Shown: one piece after another, positions 1 to 9,690 of the stretch | Position numbering within the stretch: position 1 is the first letter of the stretch | How the letters are laid out: each line of letters opens with the position of its first letter | DNA from: a virus | Taxonomy: Duplodnaviria; Caudoviricetes | Direction: 5' to 3' (one strand) | IMG/VR virus record: IMGVR_UViG_3300037470_000217 | Location: 1-40,750 of that record | Length of the DNA stretch: 40,750 nt | The notes under the pieces: model-generated | Seen by the model: only the letters and a program-made list of their open reading frames with translations | What the model was told of the DNA's origin: nothing | Databases searched by the model: none | Program-made: the position numbers and the translations under genes

Positions 1-144
1 CGCTGGCTCGGGTGTGGATGTGGCCCGTCGTGACATTCTCGACAAGGGGATAGCAGACGAGGACTTGGCAGTGCCCTTCGGCACTGTCATCGAGGAAGTG
101 AACCAGGCTGTCCTTCCCCATATTGCCGACAAGCAGTTCCGCAC
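1..144. repeat. Terminal direct repeat, left copy (circular assembly overlap)
   Basis: 1-144 matches 40607-40750 except C127 vs T40733. Confidence 0.97.
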
Positions 145-3100
145 CCTTGCCGAGCAAGCCGACTGGTTCGTGTCTTCCCGTCTTGTCCCCAACTTCGCCA
201 AAGGTGGCGTCCAGTTGGGGGCGCCTTTCGGACGCAAGCGTTTCCCCATGCTGCGTATCCCTGGCACTGGCACTAACCGTCTGGGCTCGGCCCTGCTAGG
301 CCGCAAGCAGGCCACTGGATTGTTCAACCATATGCCTTCTGGTTTCCAGGCGTGGATGCGTGACTTGGGGCAGAGGACTGGCACTGAGAAGGCCAGCTTC
401 CGTCTCGCCAAAGAGGGGAACCTGTGGCGTGTCGAAGCTGAACAGAACATGCGTGACATCCTGGTGCGCAGAGTCCTCCCCGAGGAGGCGCTGCGCCCTC
501 TAGCCCACGGGATTGAGGAGGCCAGGCTCGTCGCCAAACAGGAAGGCATGGCAGCCGAGGAGGCTGACAAGGCTGTTCGGGAACTGCTCGGCGGACGTAT
601 CGAGGTTCTCAGTCGTGTGCCTCCCAAGTTCCGTGCCGCACTCGTCGAAGCTATCGAGGGCGATGCCGAACGTGGCATCGACGGTATCCGCCAAGTCTTC
701 TCCACCTTCTACGACGCTGCCCGTCGTGTGGGCATGGATCTCGGGAAGGTCCCCAATTACTCGCCTCTCGTCATGGACGGCACGTTCTCCAAGTTCCTCG
801 ACCGCATTGCGGGCGAAGGGGTAGACGTTGCTGTAGGCCAAGGGTCTTCGGACATGGCGAACCTGGGGCTCGCCATCATCGGACGCTACCTGAACAATAC
901 GGGCGAAGCCATGTTGGGTGTGGGGGCTAGAGACCTCGCCTACTCACAGTTCGCACAGACGAACGAGGTAACCCAAGTGTTCCGATCCTTCCTTGGTGGG
1001 GTCAGGATCGCAGAGGAACTGTCTCAGAATCCAACCTTGCGAACCATGCTCGCTGACGGGGACACCTACCGCCTGTCCGCTGACATGGCGAACGAGGCTG
1101 TGACCGCTGCCCTTGAGGATGTGGTTGCTCGCAACCCTGCGTTGCGGAAGCACGCAGGCGCTGTAAAGCAGGCCTTCTCGACGGACATGATCGAGACGTT
1201 CAACATCTACGTGGCGTCGATGGGTGAGGCTATCCAGCATCGTGACCTGATCCGTCGCCTGCGCCGTGTCGGCCTGATCGAAGGCAAGAACACTGTCATC
1301 GACGTGTCGAACACGTTGCGCTCGGTGAAGGGCCGTCTCTCCGACGACTTGGCGTCTTGGATCGACGACGTTGCCGAAGGCAAGGGAACCCAGGCTGCCT
1401 CCCGCATGGTGAACGTGAAGACAGGGGGCAGAACCTTCAGGGTTCCTGCCACTGTCGCGGCCAACCCTCAATTCAAAAAGCTGGGTAGCCGCGCCGCACA
1501 AGTCTTCTCCCGTTTCGACCGCAAGGCTTCGGAGATCAGGAATGGAGTGGAGGTTGCCACCCGCCGTCTCGTGGAGGATGGCTACCCCGAGGAGCTTGCT
1601 ACCCGTCTGGCCTTCGCCAGTGCCGACACTGAGCTAGCCGACATCCTTGCCGAAGTGGCAGAGGTTGGATTGCGTGAGGCTGACACTCTCCAGACTGCTG
1701 CGCTGGAGATGGCTGCCCGCGGGGTGGTGGACCAGGACACTGCCGTAGCGAATGCTATCGATGAGACGCGCCGTCTCATCGTCGGCACCCAGGAGACCAT
1801 CGACCAGATGGAGGCTCAGGCCCGTAGGGCGCTGAACCTTCCTGATGCTTCCCGTTCTGAGAGTGTCGTAGACCTGCTCGATTCGGAGACAGCGCCTAAA
1901 GGGTTCAACAACACTCTGGAGGCTATGGCCCGCTGGGCTCTGGAGTCAGCCGAACGACGGGTAGGCAGGGTTACAGACCAGGCGACTGACGCTATCGGCC
2001 AGCCTTCACTGCGTGGAGCCTCTCGCCAACAGATGGCGAAGGAGGCCGTGTCTGATCTTGCTGACCGTGCCCTCGTGTCGAACCTGACTGTCGGCCAGCT
2101 TGCCGAGTTCGCCAGCCCTCGGGTGGCTGCCCGCATTGTCGCTGAGTTGAACGGCAGGCTGATCGAGTCGGGTTACGAGGGAATGTTGTCTCTCACGGAC
2201 GACATTCTTGAGGCCGCGGAGGATGTGTTCGCCGCCGAATACCGTCTGTTTACCGCCGATGAGGGTATCGAGGCCGCAGACGCAGCCCTACGGGCCTCTG
2301 AGACCATCCTGGACGAGGCAGCAGTATCACTTCGAGAGTCTGACGAGCTGCTCGGCCCCGCCCTCGACCATGCAGTCGAAGCGGTGGCCGACGTAAACGA
2401 CGCCATTCTCATCAGCCCCGTCTGGCGTGACGTGTGGGCTGCCGCCATCCACAAACAAGGTGGACTGCCCCGAGGGCAGTTCGCACAAGACACGGCAAGC
2501 GCTGTCGCCAAGGGCTTGGACCCGCTCTCACAAAAGCAGTTGACAGGCAAGGGTGCCAAGGGCGTGGCGCGAGAGGCTGCCGACATTGCCCGCGGGCTGT
2601 GGGCGATGGCCTCCACTTCGGAGGCCCGCCACCTTGAAGCCCGAGCGAAAGACTTCCTCGACGAGGGAGCCAGCCCCATTCGCCGTGCCATCGAAGCCAT
2701 GATGGCAGGAGACACGCAAGTGCTGGCTGCTCGCCCTGATGTCTTCCGCACTGTTGTCGGTTCCATCACTGATCGCAGTGGCAGGGCACTGTTCGACCCT
2801 GACCGTTTCGTCTTCCGTCCCAACGGCCAGATCGTCTACGAACCCACAGCACCCGTGTGGATCACGTTGGATGACGTGGCCGATTCGATACGTCAGATAG
2901 CTGCCACTCCCAACACGACAGACATGGAGGCTCTCGCCGTAGTGAAAGCTACGTGGGAGGAGACCCCTGAAGTTATCGAGGCTGTAGATCCGAGGGTGGG
3001 AGACTTCTTCCGCCAGGTGGACAGTGCTGGTGGCCTACCTTTCGATGTTGAGGAGTACGAGTACCTGCGCAGGTTCGTGGCCGACCTTGATGGCGCTGTG

Positions 3101-5833
3101 AAGGATCTGGCTTCTCCGAGCGTCACGCCTTCGGCCCTCACGGACGCCGAGGATCAGATTGCCAGACGTGCCCGTTCCAACTGGAACTATACCGCAGAGT
3201 CGCTGCGTCCTGCCGTGAGGGCACTGCTCGAAGGCGGCGAGGTTGCAGACGAAGTGTTGCGTGGCAAGGCGCAGGCGCTGATGAAATGGTGGAGTGTCAA
3301 CGCCGAATCTCCTGGTGGCCTCATGCGTGCTCTCAACGCTGAGGAGATTGACAAGTGGTCGAAGCTCGGCCCTGGCGAGGAGTTCGTGCTCGACATGGCC
3401 TCCTCAGATGTGGGAGGCGTGTTCGCCCAGCAGGCCCGCAAGGGTGCTGGAGGCTTGTGGACGATGGAGTTCGCAGATCATACTCGTGCCGCCCGCAACG
3501 ATCTGAACCAGATCGAGGCAGCCAGGGGTGGAGACGAGTGGCTGGTATCGGGCCACTTCAAGATCGAGGCTATGGACGAGGCCAGGCAGGTGATCCGAGT
3601 CACGCCGACTCGTGACGCCATCACTGCCCCTGCGCCCGTAGCCCTACCAGGATTGGTCAGGGAGGCCCTGCCCTCTATCCGTAAGGTGCTCGACTCTGTA
3701 GACGATGCGTTCCGCACGGGTAATAGTCGCAAGCTGACCAAGCTCTGGGCTGCTGCGTCAGAAGAACTGACCCAGGCCATGCCGCCTGACGAGATATCAC
3801 GTCTGACGAACCTTGTCGGCAAGGCTGAAGCTGTCGGTGAGGTTGCCGACAGTCGTTTCGGAGACCAGTGGCGCTCCCTGTTGGGCAGCGCCGATGATGC
3901 TGCTGATGGCTTCGCTCATGACGTTGCCATGCTGCGCCGCCAATCATGGGACTTGGGCGAGGAGTGGGCTGGTGCTGTAGCTCAAGATGCCATTGAGTTT
4001 CGATCCTCGTTCCAACGTCTCCTCGGCTTCGCTGACGACCTGGACGAGACTCTGCGTGCAGGGTTCCAACCGCTAGAAGAACTCGGCGGCGAGTTCGACG
4101 AGGCACTATCCGCAGTGCGTCAGGCTTCCTCCACGCTACGTAAAGGCGTGGGCAAGGCAGCCAAGGATCGTCGCCTTACGGGGTTCCTGCCCGAGCTGCC
4201 CGAAGACGTGAAGGGCATTGACAAGTGGTTGCGCCAGATGGAACAGGAGATGGCACGGTGGGAGCCCATTAAGGCGAACACCGCAGCCAAAGGTTTCATC
4301 TCACCCAAGGTTGCTGCCCTCGGAGGAGAGTCCCTTGAAGGACTCCAGATGACTCCTGGCGTAGCCCTCATGTTCGACCACATTGCTGCTGGCTCTATTG
4401 CTGTAGCTTCACCGATGGGTGTGCGCCTCGCTGCTGAGGCTTACCGTGAGATCGAGAAGTGGTGGAAGGCCGCGGCCACAGTGGCACGCCCCACCTTCGT
4501 CCCTCGCAACGTCTTCTCAGGCGCTGTCAACGGCCTCCTCGTAGGCGTGGGACCACGCCACTACGCCGCAGTGCGTACTCACGTCTGGAGCTTCAGGCGC
4601 AACCTGGACGAGCTAGGGGTGGAAGGGGCGATCAAGGAACTGCCCGAGAACTTTCAGCCTTACATGCGTGGGCTCTGGGATTCGGGCCTGCTCTCTACTT
4701 CGTTCTCCCACACGTTGGACAGGCTCAAGTTGAAGCCCGAGCTGGGCCAGTTGGTCAACCCTCTCTCATCGCAGAACGCCATCTTCCGTGCGGGTGGTGC
4801 GATCATGGAGACTTCAGAAGACTTCCTTCGTGCCGCCGCCTTCATCCGCTGGTTTGATCCTGCTAGCCCTTCGAGTGCCAAGTTGGCGAAAGAGATGGCT
4901 CTAGCCGTCCACTTCGACTACACGTCCCTCACTCGCATGGAGACTGCGGTTAAGCGCTTCGTCCCCTTCTTCGTGTGGACTCGCCGCAACCTGCCCCTCC
5001 AAATGAGGGCGCTAGTGGAACAGCCTGGGCATGTCATGCGACTGCACCACATTAAGCAGAACGTCAACGCTGAGACTGAGGGCGGGTTCGTAGACGAGGC
5101 GGGGTTCGCACAGTCTCCGTGGCTGTCCAGCTTCGCTATCAAGACGCCGTTCATCTTCGACCAGGACACGCCCTACTGGCAGCGGCTCATGCTCGACCCA
5201 CAGGTTCCTGTCAGAGACTTGGAGGAGGCGCTCAACGCCTTCTCCGATGGTCCTGCTGCCACGGGCGAGTGGCTGATCCGTTCCCTGTCACCAGCCTTCT
5301 CCTCACCCATCGAGATATTTGACGAGTACGACACGGTTGCCCCGACAGGGCTGCGCGAGATTCTGATGGGCGCTGACGCCATCCTCCCAGGAGAAGGTGT
5401 CGCAGGCTACGAGCCCGTGCTCGGCGGGCAACTGCGTGGCCCCGCCTTCGCCTCCAACCTGTTCTCCACAGCCATACCTTTCCTTGGGGAGTGGACCAGG
5501 CTGGCAGGGATCAGACCTTCGTCTGGCACGGCGGCTGCGAGGGGTGGCTTCAACGTGGAAGACGGGATCACTGCCGACGAGAGGATCAAGGCTTCTGCCC
5601 TCGGCTTCGGGCGAGCCATCGGAGCCACACTGCAAACCCCTAGTGACACTCGGTCCTCTGCCTTCGACGCCATCTATGGCATGGAAGACGAAATCGAGAA
5701 GATGAAACTGGAAGGTAAAATCGTCAGAACAGACGATATTGATGAGGTCATTGCGACCCTTTTGCGACGTGAAGGTATAGACCCTGACACGCTGCGGCGT
5801 ATCGGCCTCGGCTCCGAACTGGTTTCTCCCTAG
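1..5833 (+). CDS. C-terminal part of a giant (~2260 aa) virion ejection / polyvalent-type protein that begins at 39657 and crosses the junction
   Basis: Frame is open from ATG 39657 through the repeat into GTG 14 and on to 5833. It is the last gene of the tail/ejection cluster, before the lysin. The C-terminal region (W-K...RPTFVPRN...HFDYTSLT..E..VKRFVPFFVWTRRNLP) resembles podovirus large ejection/polyvalent proteins. Confidence 0.75.
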   Translation, partial: AGSGVDVARRDILDKGIADEDLAVPFGTVIEEVNQAVLPHIADKQFRTLAEQADWFVSSRLVPNFAKGGVQLGAPFGRKRFPMLRIPGTGTNRLGSALLGRKQATGLFNHMPSGFQAWMRDLGQRTGTEKASFRLAKEGNLWRVEAEQNMRDILVRRVLPEEALRPLAHGIEEARLVAKQEGMAAEEADKAVRELLGGRIEVLSRVPPKFRAALVEAIEGDAERGIDGIRQVFSTFYDAARRVGMDLGKVPNYSPLVMDGTFSKFLDRIAGEGVDVAVGQGSSDMANLGLAIIGRYLNNTGEAMLGVGARDLAYSQFAQTNEVTQVFRSFLGGVRIAEELSQNPTLRTMLADGDTYRLSADMANEAVTAALEDVVARNPALRKHAGAVKQAFSTDMIETFNIYVASMGEAIQHRDLIRRLRRVGLIEGKNTVIDVSNTLRSVKGRLSDDLASWIDDVAEGKGTQAASRMVNVKTGGRTFRVPATVAANPQFKKLGSRAAQVFSRFDRKASEIRNGVEVATRRLVEDGYPEELATRLAFASADTELADILAEVAEVGLREADTLQTAALEMAARGVVDQDTAVANAIDETRRLIVGTQETIDQMEAQARRALNLPDASRSESVVDLLDSETAPKGFNNTLEAMARWALESAERRVGRVTDQATDAIGQPSLRGASRQQMAKEAVSDLADRALVSNLTVGQLAEFASPRVAARIVAELNGRLIESGYEGMLSLTDDILEAAEDVFAAEYRLFTADEGIEAADAALRASETILDEAAVSLRESDELLGPALDHAVEAVADVNDAILISPVWRDVWAAAIHKQGGLPRGQFAQDTASAVAKGLDPLSQKQLTGKGAKGVAREAADIARGLWAMASTSEARHLEARAKDFLDEGASPIRRAIEAMMAGDTQVLAARPDVFRTVVGSITDRSGRALFDPDRFVFRPNGQIVYEPTAPVWITLDDVADSIRQIAATPNTTDMEALAVVKATWEETPEVIEAVDPRVGDFFRQVDSAGGLPFDVEEYEYLRRFVADLDGAVKDLASPSVTPSALTDAEDQIARRARSNWNYTAESLRPAVRALLEGGEVADEVLRGKAQALMKWWSVNAESPGGLMRALNAEEIDKWSKLGPGEEFVLDMASSDVGGVFAQQARKGAGGLWTMEFADHTRAARNDLNQIEAARGGDEWLVSGHFKIEAMDEARQVIRVTPTRDAITAPAPVALPGLVREALPSIRKVLDSVDDAFRTGNSRKLTKLWAAASEELTQAMPPDEISRLTNLVGKAEAVGEVADSRFGDQWRSLLGSADDAADGFAHDVAMLRRQSWDLGEEWAGAVAQDAIEFRSSFQRLLGFADDLDETLRAGFQPLEELGGEFDEALSAVRQASSTLRKGVGKAAKDRRLTGFLPELPEDVKGIDKWLRQMEQEMARWEPIKANTAAKGFISPKVAALGGESLEGLQMTPGVALMFDHIAAGSIAVASPMGVRLAAEAYREIEKWWKAAATVARPTFVPRNVFSGAVNGLLVGVGPRHYAAVRTHVWSFRRNLDELGVEGAIKELPENFQPYMRGLWDSGLLSTSFSHTLDRLKLKPELGQLVNPLSSQNAIFRAGGAIMETSEDFLRAAAFIRWFDPASPSSAKLAKEMALAVHFDYTSLTRMETAVKRFVPFFVWTRRNLPLQMRALVEQPGHVMRLHHIKQNVNAETEGGFVDEAGFAQSPWLSSFAIKTPFIFDQDTPYWQRLMLDPQVPVRDLEEALNAFSDGPAATGEWLIRSLSPAFSSPIEIFDEYDTVAPTGLREILMGADAILPGEGVAGYEPVLGGQLRGPAFASNLFSTAIPFLGEWTRLAGIRPSSGTAAARGGFNVEDGITADERIKASALGFGRAIGATLQTPSDTRSSAFDAIYGMEDEIEKMKLEGKIVRTDDIDEVIATLLRREGIDPDTLRRIGLGSELVSP

Positions 5834-5834
5834 T

Positions 5835-5858
5835 TCTGGACAAACGAGAGAGTAATAG
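5835..5858 (+). promoter_or_regulatory. TCTGGACA-N13-TAG late promoter-like motif upstream of the lysin
   Basis: Same motif in intergenic gaps at 24160, 28388, 32113, 37210 (+) and 22717-22724 (-). Confidence 0.65.
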
Positions 5859-5867
5859 AAGGAACTG

Positions 5868-6692
5868 ATGCCCACAGCAAGATACCCTTTGGCATCCTGG
5901 CGTGGGGATGGCAAGACCGCAGGCCCATACACGACAGGCCCGTGGAAGCTAGTCATACATACGACGGAGACCCCAGGGGTTCCAGGCTATGGGAGTGGGC
6001 TACGAGCCCCACACATCACCTACTTCCCGAGGGAGCGCAGGTTCTACCAGCACACCTCGTTCCTCACTTCGGCGCGGTCACTGCGTAACGAGAGCGGGGG
6101 AGTGGAGACCAATAGGGACAGTGCCATCCAGTTGGAGATTGTCGCCTACGCCCAAGAGTCAATAGTCGATCAGTACCCGAACACTGGTCGGGTGAAAATC
6201 TCAGAGCTGGCAGCGGAGAACCTGGCAGATATCAGGGAGTTCATTCTCTGGGTGTGTGACGAGTTCGGAGTGGGATACGTGTGGCCTGGACGGGTAGCTA
6301 AAAGCTACGGCCAGGCTAACAGTGGAAGTTTCCGCATGAGCAATGCGGATTGGGACAATTACAACGGAGTGTGCGGACACCAGCACGTTCCCGAGTCCGA
6401 CCATTGGGACCCTGGGGGCCTCAACTGGTCGGCGCTGATGGAGGAAGACATGCCGTCTAATGAAGAAATCAACACCATAGTCAGAATTGCGATCCAAGAG
6501 GAGGCAGCTCGATCGGTCTGGGCGGGGACGTATACGATCCCCGATCCTGTAACTGGCGCCCCCCTCCACCCGAACACAATCCTGCGAAGCATTCGCTCTG
6601 ACACAGCCAAGCTGTGGAAGAAGATTGCAACCTTCAGTGGTGGTGCCACCGCAGGCGCTGTCGCCTCCGAACTCATCCGCCAGTTGTCGTAA
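5868..6692 (+). CDS. Endolysin, N-acetylmuramoyl-L-alanine amidase (Amidase_2-like)
   Basis: VIHTTE, PHITY, IQLEIV and CGHQHVP..HWDPG Zn-amidase motifs; followed by membrane proteins. Confidence 0.85.
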   Translation: MPTARYPLASWRGDGKTAGPYTTGPWKLVIHTTETPGVPGYGSGLRAPHITYFPRERRFYQHTSFLTSARSLRNESGGVETNRDSAIQLEIVAYAQESIVDQYPNTGRVKISELAAENLADIREFILWVCDEFGVGYVWPGRVAKSYGQANSGSFRMSNADWDNYNGVCGHQHVPESDHWDPGGLNWSALMEEDMPSNEEINTIVRIAIQEEAARSVWAGTYTIPDPVTGAPLHPNTILRSIRSDTAKLWKKIATFSGGATAGAVASELIRQLS

Positions 6693-6952
6693 TGACTTGG
6701 CACTGGGACACTTGGGGGTGGGACCTTCCCACCATGCTCTGGCTGGTGTGGATCGTCTACTTCTTCGTGCTCGAAACAGTCACGCTGCTGGCTGGTACCA
6801 ACCAGGAGCTGACCGAGCATCTACGCCCTGTGTTCCTGTCAGCGCCTCTCACGTGGTTCATCGGTGTGGGTGTCTGGCTTTGGCTGGGTGTCCACTTCTT
6901 CGCCCCGTCGATTGAGTCCATGCTCAATCGGATCAACACGGGAGGCGTCTAG
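6692..6952 (+). CDS. Holin-like membrane protein, two TM segments (86 aa)
   Basis: ATG overlaps the lysin stop (TAATG); two hydrophobic Trp-rich segments. Confidence 0.6.
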   Translation: MTWHWDTWGWDLPTMLWLVWIVYFFVLETVTLLAGTNQELTEHLRPVFLSAPLTWFIGVGVWLWLGVHFFAPSIESMLNRINTGGV

Positions 6953-7146
6953 TGGACGAGTCGCTTATCAAGGACCTGTTGGCCGCGCACCACGTTGCTA
7001 CTGGTCAGCGGTTGAGGGGGATCGAGGATCGTCTCGTCCGCATCGAAGACAAGATCGACACTCACGAGCACGGGAAGAATCCGACGTGGGCAAACCTGTC
7101 GCCCATCTTCGTAGCCCTCGTGGCTGCCATCCTCGTGGTTGGTTAG
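6952..7146 (+). CDS. Small lysis-cassette protein (coiled coil plus C-terminal TM)
   Basis: RLRGIEDRLVRIEDKID heptads then a hydrophobic tail; coupled to the upstream stop. Confidence 0.6.
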   Translation: MDESLIKDLLAAHHVATGQRLRGIEDRLVRIEDKIDTHEHGKNPTWANLSPIFVALVAAILVVG

Positions 7147-7286
7147 AGTCTCCCAGCCTTGACGGCTAGCAGATAGCCGACAATCCAGACAGCAACAAAC
7201 CCGACGATCCCAGCCCAAGTACCAACCGTCTGGTCGAGCACGGCGGCAACCCCGAGACTGAACCACAGCATTGGCAACACTCTCAC
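7143..7286 (-). CDS. Small two-TM membrane protein downstream of the integrase (start uncertain)
   Basis: Hydrophobic 3' part of ORF 7143..7385 fills the gap between the integrase and the lysis genes. Confidence 0.45.
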   Translation of the reverse strand: MRVLPMLWFSLGVAAVLDQTVGTWAGIVGFVAVWIVGYLLAVKAGRL

Positions 7287-7311
7287 GACGAATTCTCTGC
7301 ATTCTTCGCAC

Positions 7312-8151
7312 TCATCGCCTACCCCTTTCGATCTGAGCACGAACAGTATCGACAGGATCAGAGAAGAATCCAGCATAAATGTCATAAGTAACGCTCGGCT
7401 TCGAGTGGCCGAGCATGGCGCACAGCGCCACCGAGTTGACTCCCTGTTCGATCAACAGCGTGGCATAGGTGTGGCGCAGGTCGTGGAAGCGCCATTCCAT
7501 CCCAAGCCTTTCTCTGGCTGTCCTCCACCGCTTGTTGAAGTTGGCATTGTGCAGGCGCTGACTCTGTTCGGTTGCGAACAACGGGACAGTTGCGGCTTCA
7601 AGACGGTTCTGAAGGGCACTGACACCGATCGGATGCACGAGAACTCGTCTGATTCCTGCCTCAGACTTCGGAGATTTCATCGTAGAGCTGCGCGTACACC
7701 ACGCTTTCGTCACGGATACCACGTCCCGTGCACAATCCGTGGCCTCCAGCGCCACGATTTCACCCCACCTGAGCCCTGATCCTGCGGCGAACCTTACAAG
7801 GTCGCTGTAATGTCCGAGTTCCCGAGACAGCGCCTCCACGTCTTCGAGGCTCGGTACTCGTAGAGTGCGGGCCTCCTGTTTCGCTCGCAAGGGCACATTC
7901 ACCCTGTCAGTAAATAACCCGTGATAAGTGAAGATGAGCCGCAAGACAGCCCTCACACGCTGTCTGCGGCCAGGGCTCACATCGGACATTAGCGCGCTGG
8001 TTATAAGGTCTCTGCTGAGTTTCGGCACACGAATGTCGCCCCACAGGGGGATGACATGGCATCGCACTACACTCTCGTAGTCAGAATGGGTCGATGGTGC
8101 TAGGCCGTCGAGAGAAGCCAGCCACTGCGTGGCTGCCTGGTGTATGCGCAT
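7312..8151 (-). CDS. int: Tyrosine integrase lacking an N-terminal arm-binding domain
   Basis: SGLRWGEI (R), PKS (K), FHDLRH (HxxR), LGHS (H), YDIY (Y); 279 aa; adjacent to the tRNA-derived attP. Confidence 0.93.
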   Translation of the reverse strand: MRIHQAATQWLASLDGLAPSTHSDYESVVRCHVIPLWGDIRVPKLSRDLITSALMSDVSPGRRQRVRAVLRLIFTYHGLFTDRVNVPLRAKQEARTLRVPSLEDVEALSRELGHYSDLVRFAAGSGLRWGEIVALEATDCARDVVSVTKAWCTRSSTMKSPKSEAGIRRVLVHPIGVSALQNRLEAATVPLFATEQSQRLHNANFNKRWRTARERLGMEWRFHDLRHTYATLLIEQGVNSVALCAMLGHSKPSVTYDIYAGFFSDPVDTVRAQIERGRR

Positions 8152-8187
8152 GTCGGACCTCCAGTCCGCTGACTAGCAGTCAGCGCC

Positions 8188-8241
8188 TAGAGCGGCGGAC
8201 TTCTAATCCGCAGGTTGGGGGTTCGAGTCCTCCCAGGGGCA
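8188..8241 (+). other. attP: attP: 3' fragment of tRNA-Arg(TCT), not a complete tRNA
   Basis: TAGAGC, anticodon arm GCGGA-CTTCTAA-TCCGC, T arm GGGGG-TTCGAGT-CCTCC, acceptor 3' strand CAGGGGC-A. The 5' acceptor strand (GCCCCTG) is absent. It lies 36 bp from the integrase start. Confidence 0.85.
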
Positions 8242-8886
8242 CTGACTGACGGACACTGTGTCCGCAGCTACGGATGCTAACTCGGCAACGCTTCGTTCCG
8301 AAGATCGTTGCTCTGTCGCGCCGCGGGGGACAAAGCCGACACCGTGACAAGCGGGGCAAGCACCGCGATACCTTGGGTGCTCCCGCATGGCAACCTCGAT
8401 TGGCTCCCATCCGTGACCTCCGCACTCTTCGCAGGGGAGCCGACCGATGTCACAATTTTGACACTTGCCGTCATCCTGTCCTGATGTAACGATTTTGCCC
8501 CTCATCTCTCCCTCCTCTGCTGGCCGTATGAGTGCCTCCCAGACAGCACGAGCCGCTTCGTAGTACATGGTCCCGACGATGCCCTTGACTTCGTTCCAAT
8601 CCCGATCAGCGGATCGGTAGTAGACCTCACGCCAGATCGCCTCCGCCATTGTTTCGAGGGTGGCGGGATCAGGGACAAAGCCGACACCGTTGCAGGAAGG
8701 GCAGGACTCCCAATATGCGTCAGGGGAAGCCACTCCACTAAGACCGTGTACGAGACATGTGAGGTCAGCGATACGGAACCCGCCAGTGTCCCTGAATATC
8801 ATGCAGATGCACTCTGCTGGCCTGTCTACACCCGTCTGTCCGCATTTTTCGCAGGGCAAGGCACCCAAAAGAGAGAGATCAGTCAT
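8203..8886 (-). CDS. Cys-rich hypothetical protein with DnaJ-type CxxCxGxG repeats
   Basis: CPSCNGVG, CEECGGHG, CPACHGVG; ATGA coupling at 8883-8886; 3' end runs antisense into attP. Confidence 0.65.
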   Translation of the reverse strand: MTDLSLLGALPCEKCGQTGVDRPAECICMIFRDTGGFRIADLTCLVHGLSGVASPDAYWESCPSCNGVGFVPDPATLETMAEAIWREVYYRSADRDWNEVKGIVGTMYYEAARAVWEALIRPAEEGEMRGKIVTSGQDDGKCQNCDIGRLPCEECGGHGWEPIEVAMREHPRYRGACPACHGVGFVPRGATEQRSSERSVAELASVAADTVSVSQCPWEDSNPQPAD

Positions 8887-9122
8887 GCGTAAGACCACCA
8901 ACACTCATAGCCCCACAACACCGTCCCGTCGTCTAGGACGATCTTCGGGTTCTCCCAACCTTCGGACGTGACTGCTCTCTCGTCGCACCAGCCAAACTTC
9001 TCGAAGTGAGGTCGAGCCACATCGGGGTCAGCGGCCACGAGCCCAGGAAGCACTTCTGTACCAGCCGCTTGCTCCACCTTTACCCTCACGTGGCCCTGGT
9101 CGTTGTATGTCCGCTCGGTCAT
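8883..9122 (-). CDS. Hypothetical protein (..NPKIVLDDGTVLWGYECWW..)
   Basis: ATGA-coupled on both sides. Confidence 0.65.
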   Translation of the reverse strand: MTERTYNDQGHVRVKVEQAAGTEVLPGLVAADPDVARPHFEKFGWCDERAVTSEGWENPKIVLDDGTVLWGYECWWSYA

Positions 9123-9382
9123 GCTCTGAGCACCTCGAACCAGGGAGCGCCGTACTCCGTCCCGTAGATCGCCTCGTGGCCAGCCTGCGAATAGATCGTC
9201 AACGACCAGCCGCCCAGCATCAACGACAGGCTCCACCCCTGGCTCACCGTCTCGTCGTCGTCCTCGGTCTCGCCGTATCGGTGTTCACCCATTCGATCGA
9301 ACTGGACACCTAGTCCCCAGACAGCATTGCCGCCCTCTTTCCACCACTTACGAGTGCCGTGTTCTGCTAGTTCAACCTTCAT
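9119..9382 (-). CDS. Hypothetical protein
   Basis: ATGA-coupled within the operon. Confidence 0.6.
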   Translation of the reverse strand: MKVELAEHGTRKWWKEGGNAVWGLGVQFDRMGEHRYGETEDDDETVSQGWSLSLMLGGWSLTIYSQAGHEAIYGTEYGAPWFEVLRA

Positions 9383-9690
9383 TCCGTCTCCTCTCGTTCT
9401 ACGGCCAGGACAGGCGACGAACCGAACAAGGCAGCGGAGAGGGCGGCACGAGCCTCTACATAGTGCCCAACACAGGGAGCCTGGAAGTCGTCGGGTACAG
9501 GATTTATCCAGTGTGCCTCCTCATTACAGATCACACGCCCTGCCCTTTCGACCATCTCCTCGGACGGCTCGGTCAAAGTGATGTCATCAGGTCGGTCACA
9601 CCACTCTGCCCCAGCGGGGTCGTGGTTCAAGTAGTGGCGACCAAACTGCCCATGCTCACAGCTTTCTTTAATGACGATGCGGCGGCTCAT
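9379..9690 (-). CDS. Hypothetical protein
   Basis: ATG 9690 overlaps the upstream TGA; coupled to the downstream gene. Confidence 0.6.
   Translation of the reverse strand: MSRRIVIKESCEHGQFGRHYLNHDPAGAEWCDRPDDITLTEPSEEMVERAGRVICNEEAHWINPVPDDFQAPCVGHYVEARAALSAALFGSSPVLAVEREETE

Noticed and set aside
1-5833. Virion RNA polymerase (N4- or crAss-like) or tape measure protein
   Set aside because: No DxDGD or T7-type polymerase motifs were seen, and there are no tail tube or tail chaperone genes to indicate a long tail
500-5956. Many antisense and alternate-frame ORFs inside the giant gene (similarly within portal, capsid and terL)
   Set aside because: Expected shadow ORFs in GC-rich coding DNA
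8168-8245. Intact phage tRNA-Arg(TCT) gene
   Set aside because: The 5' acceptor strand and first D-stem strand are missing; better explained as attP
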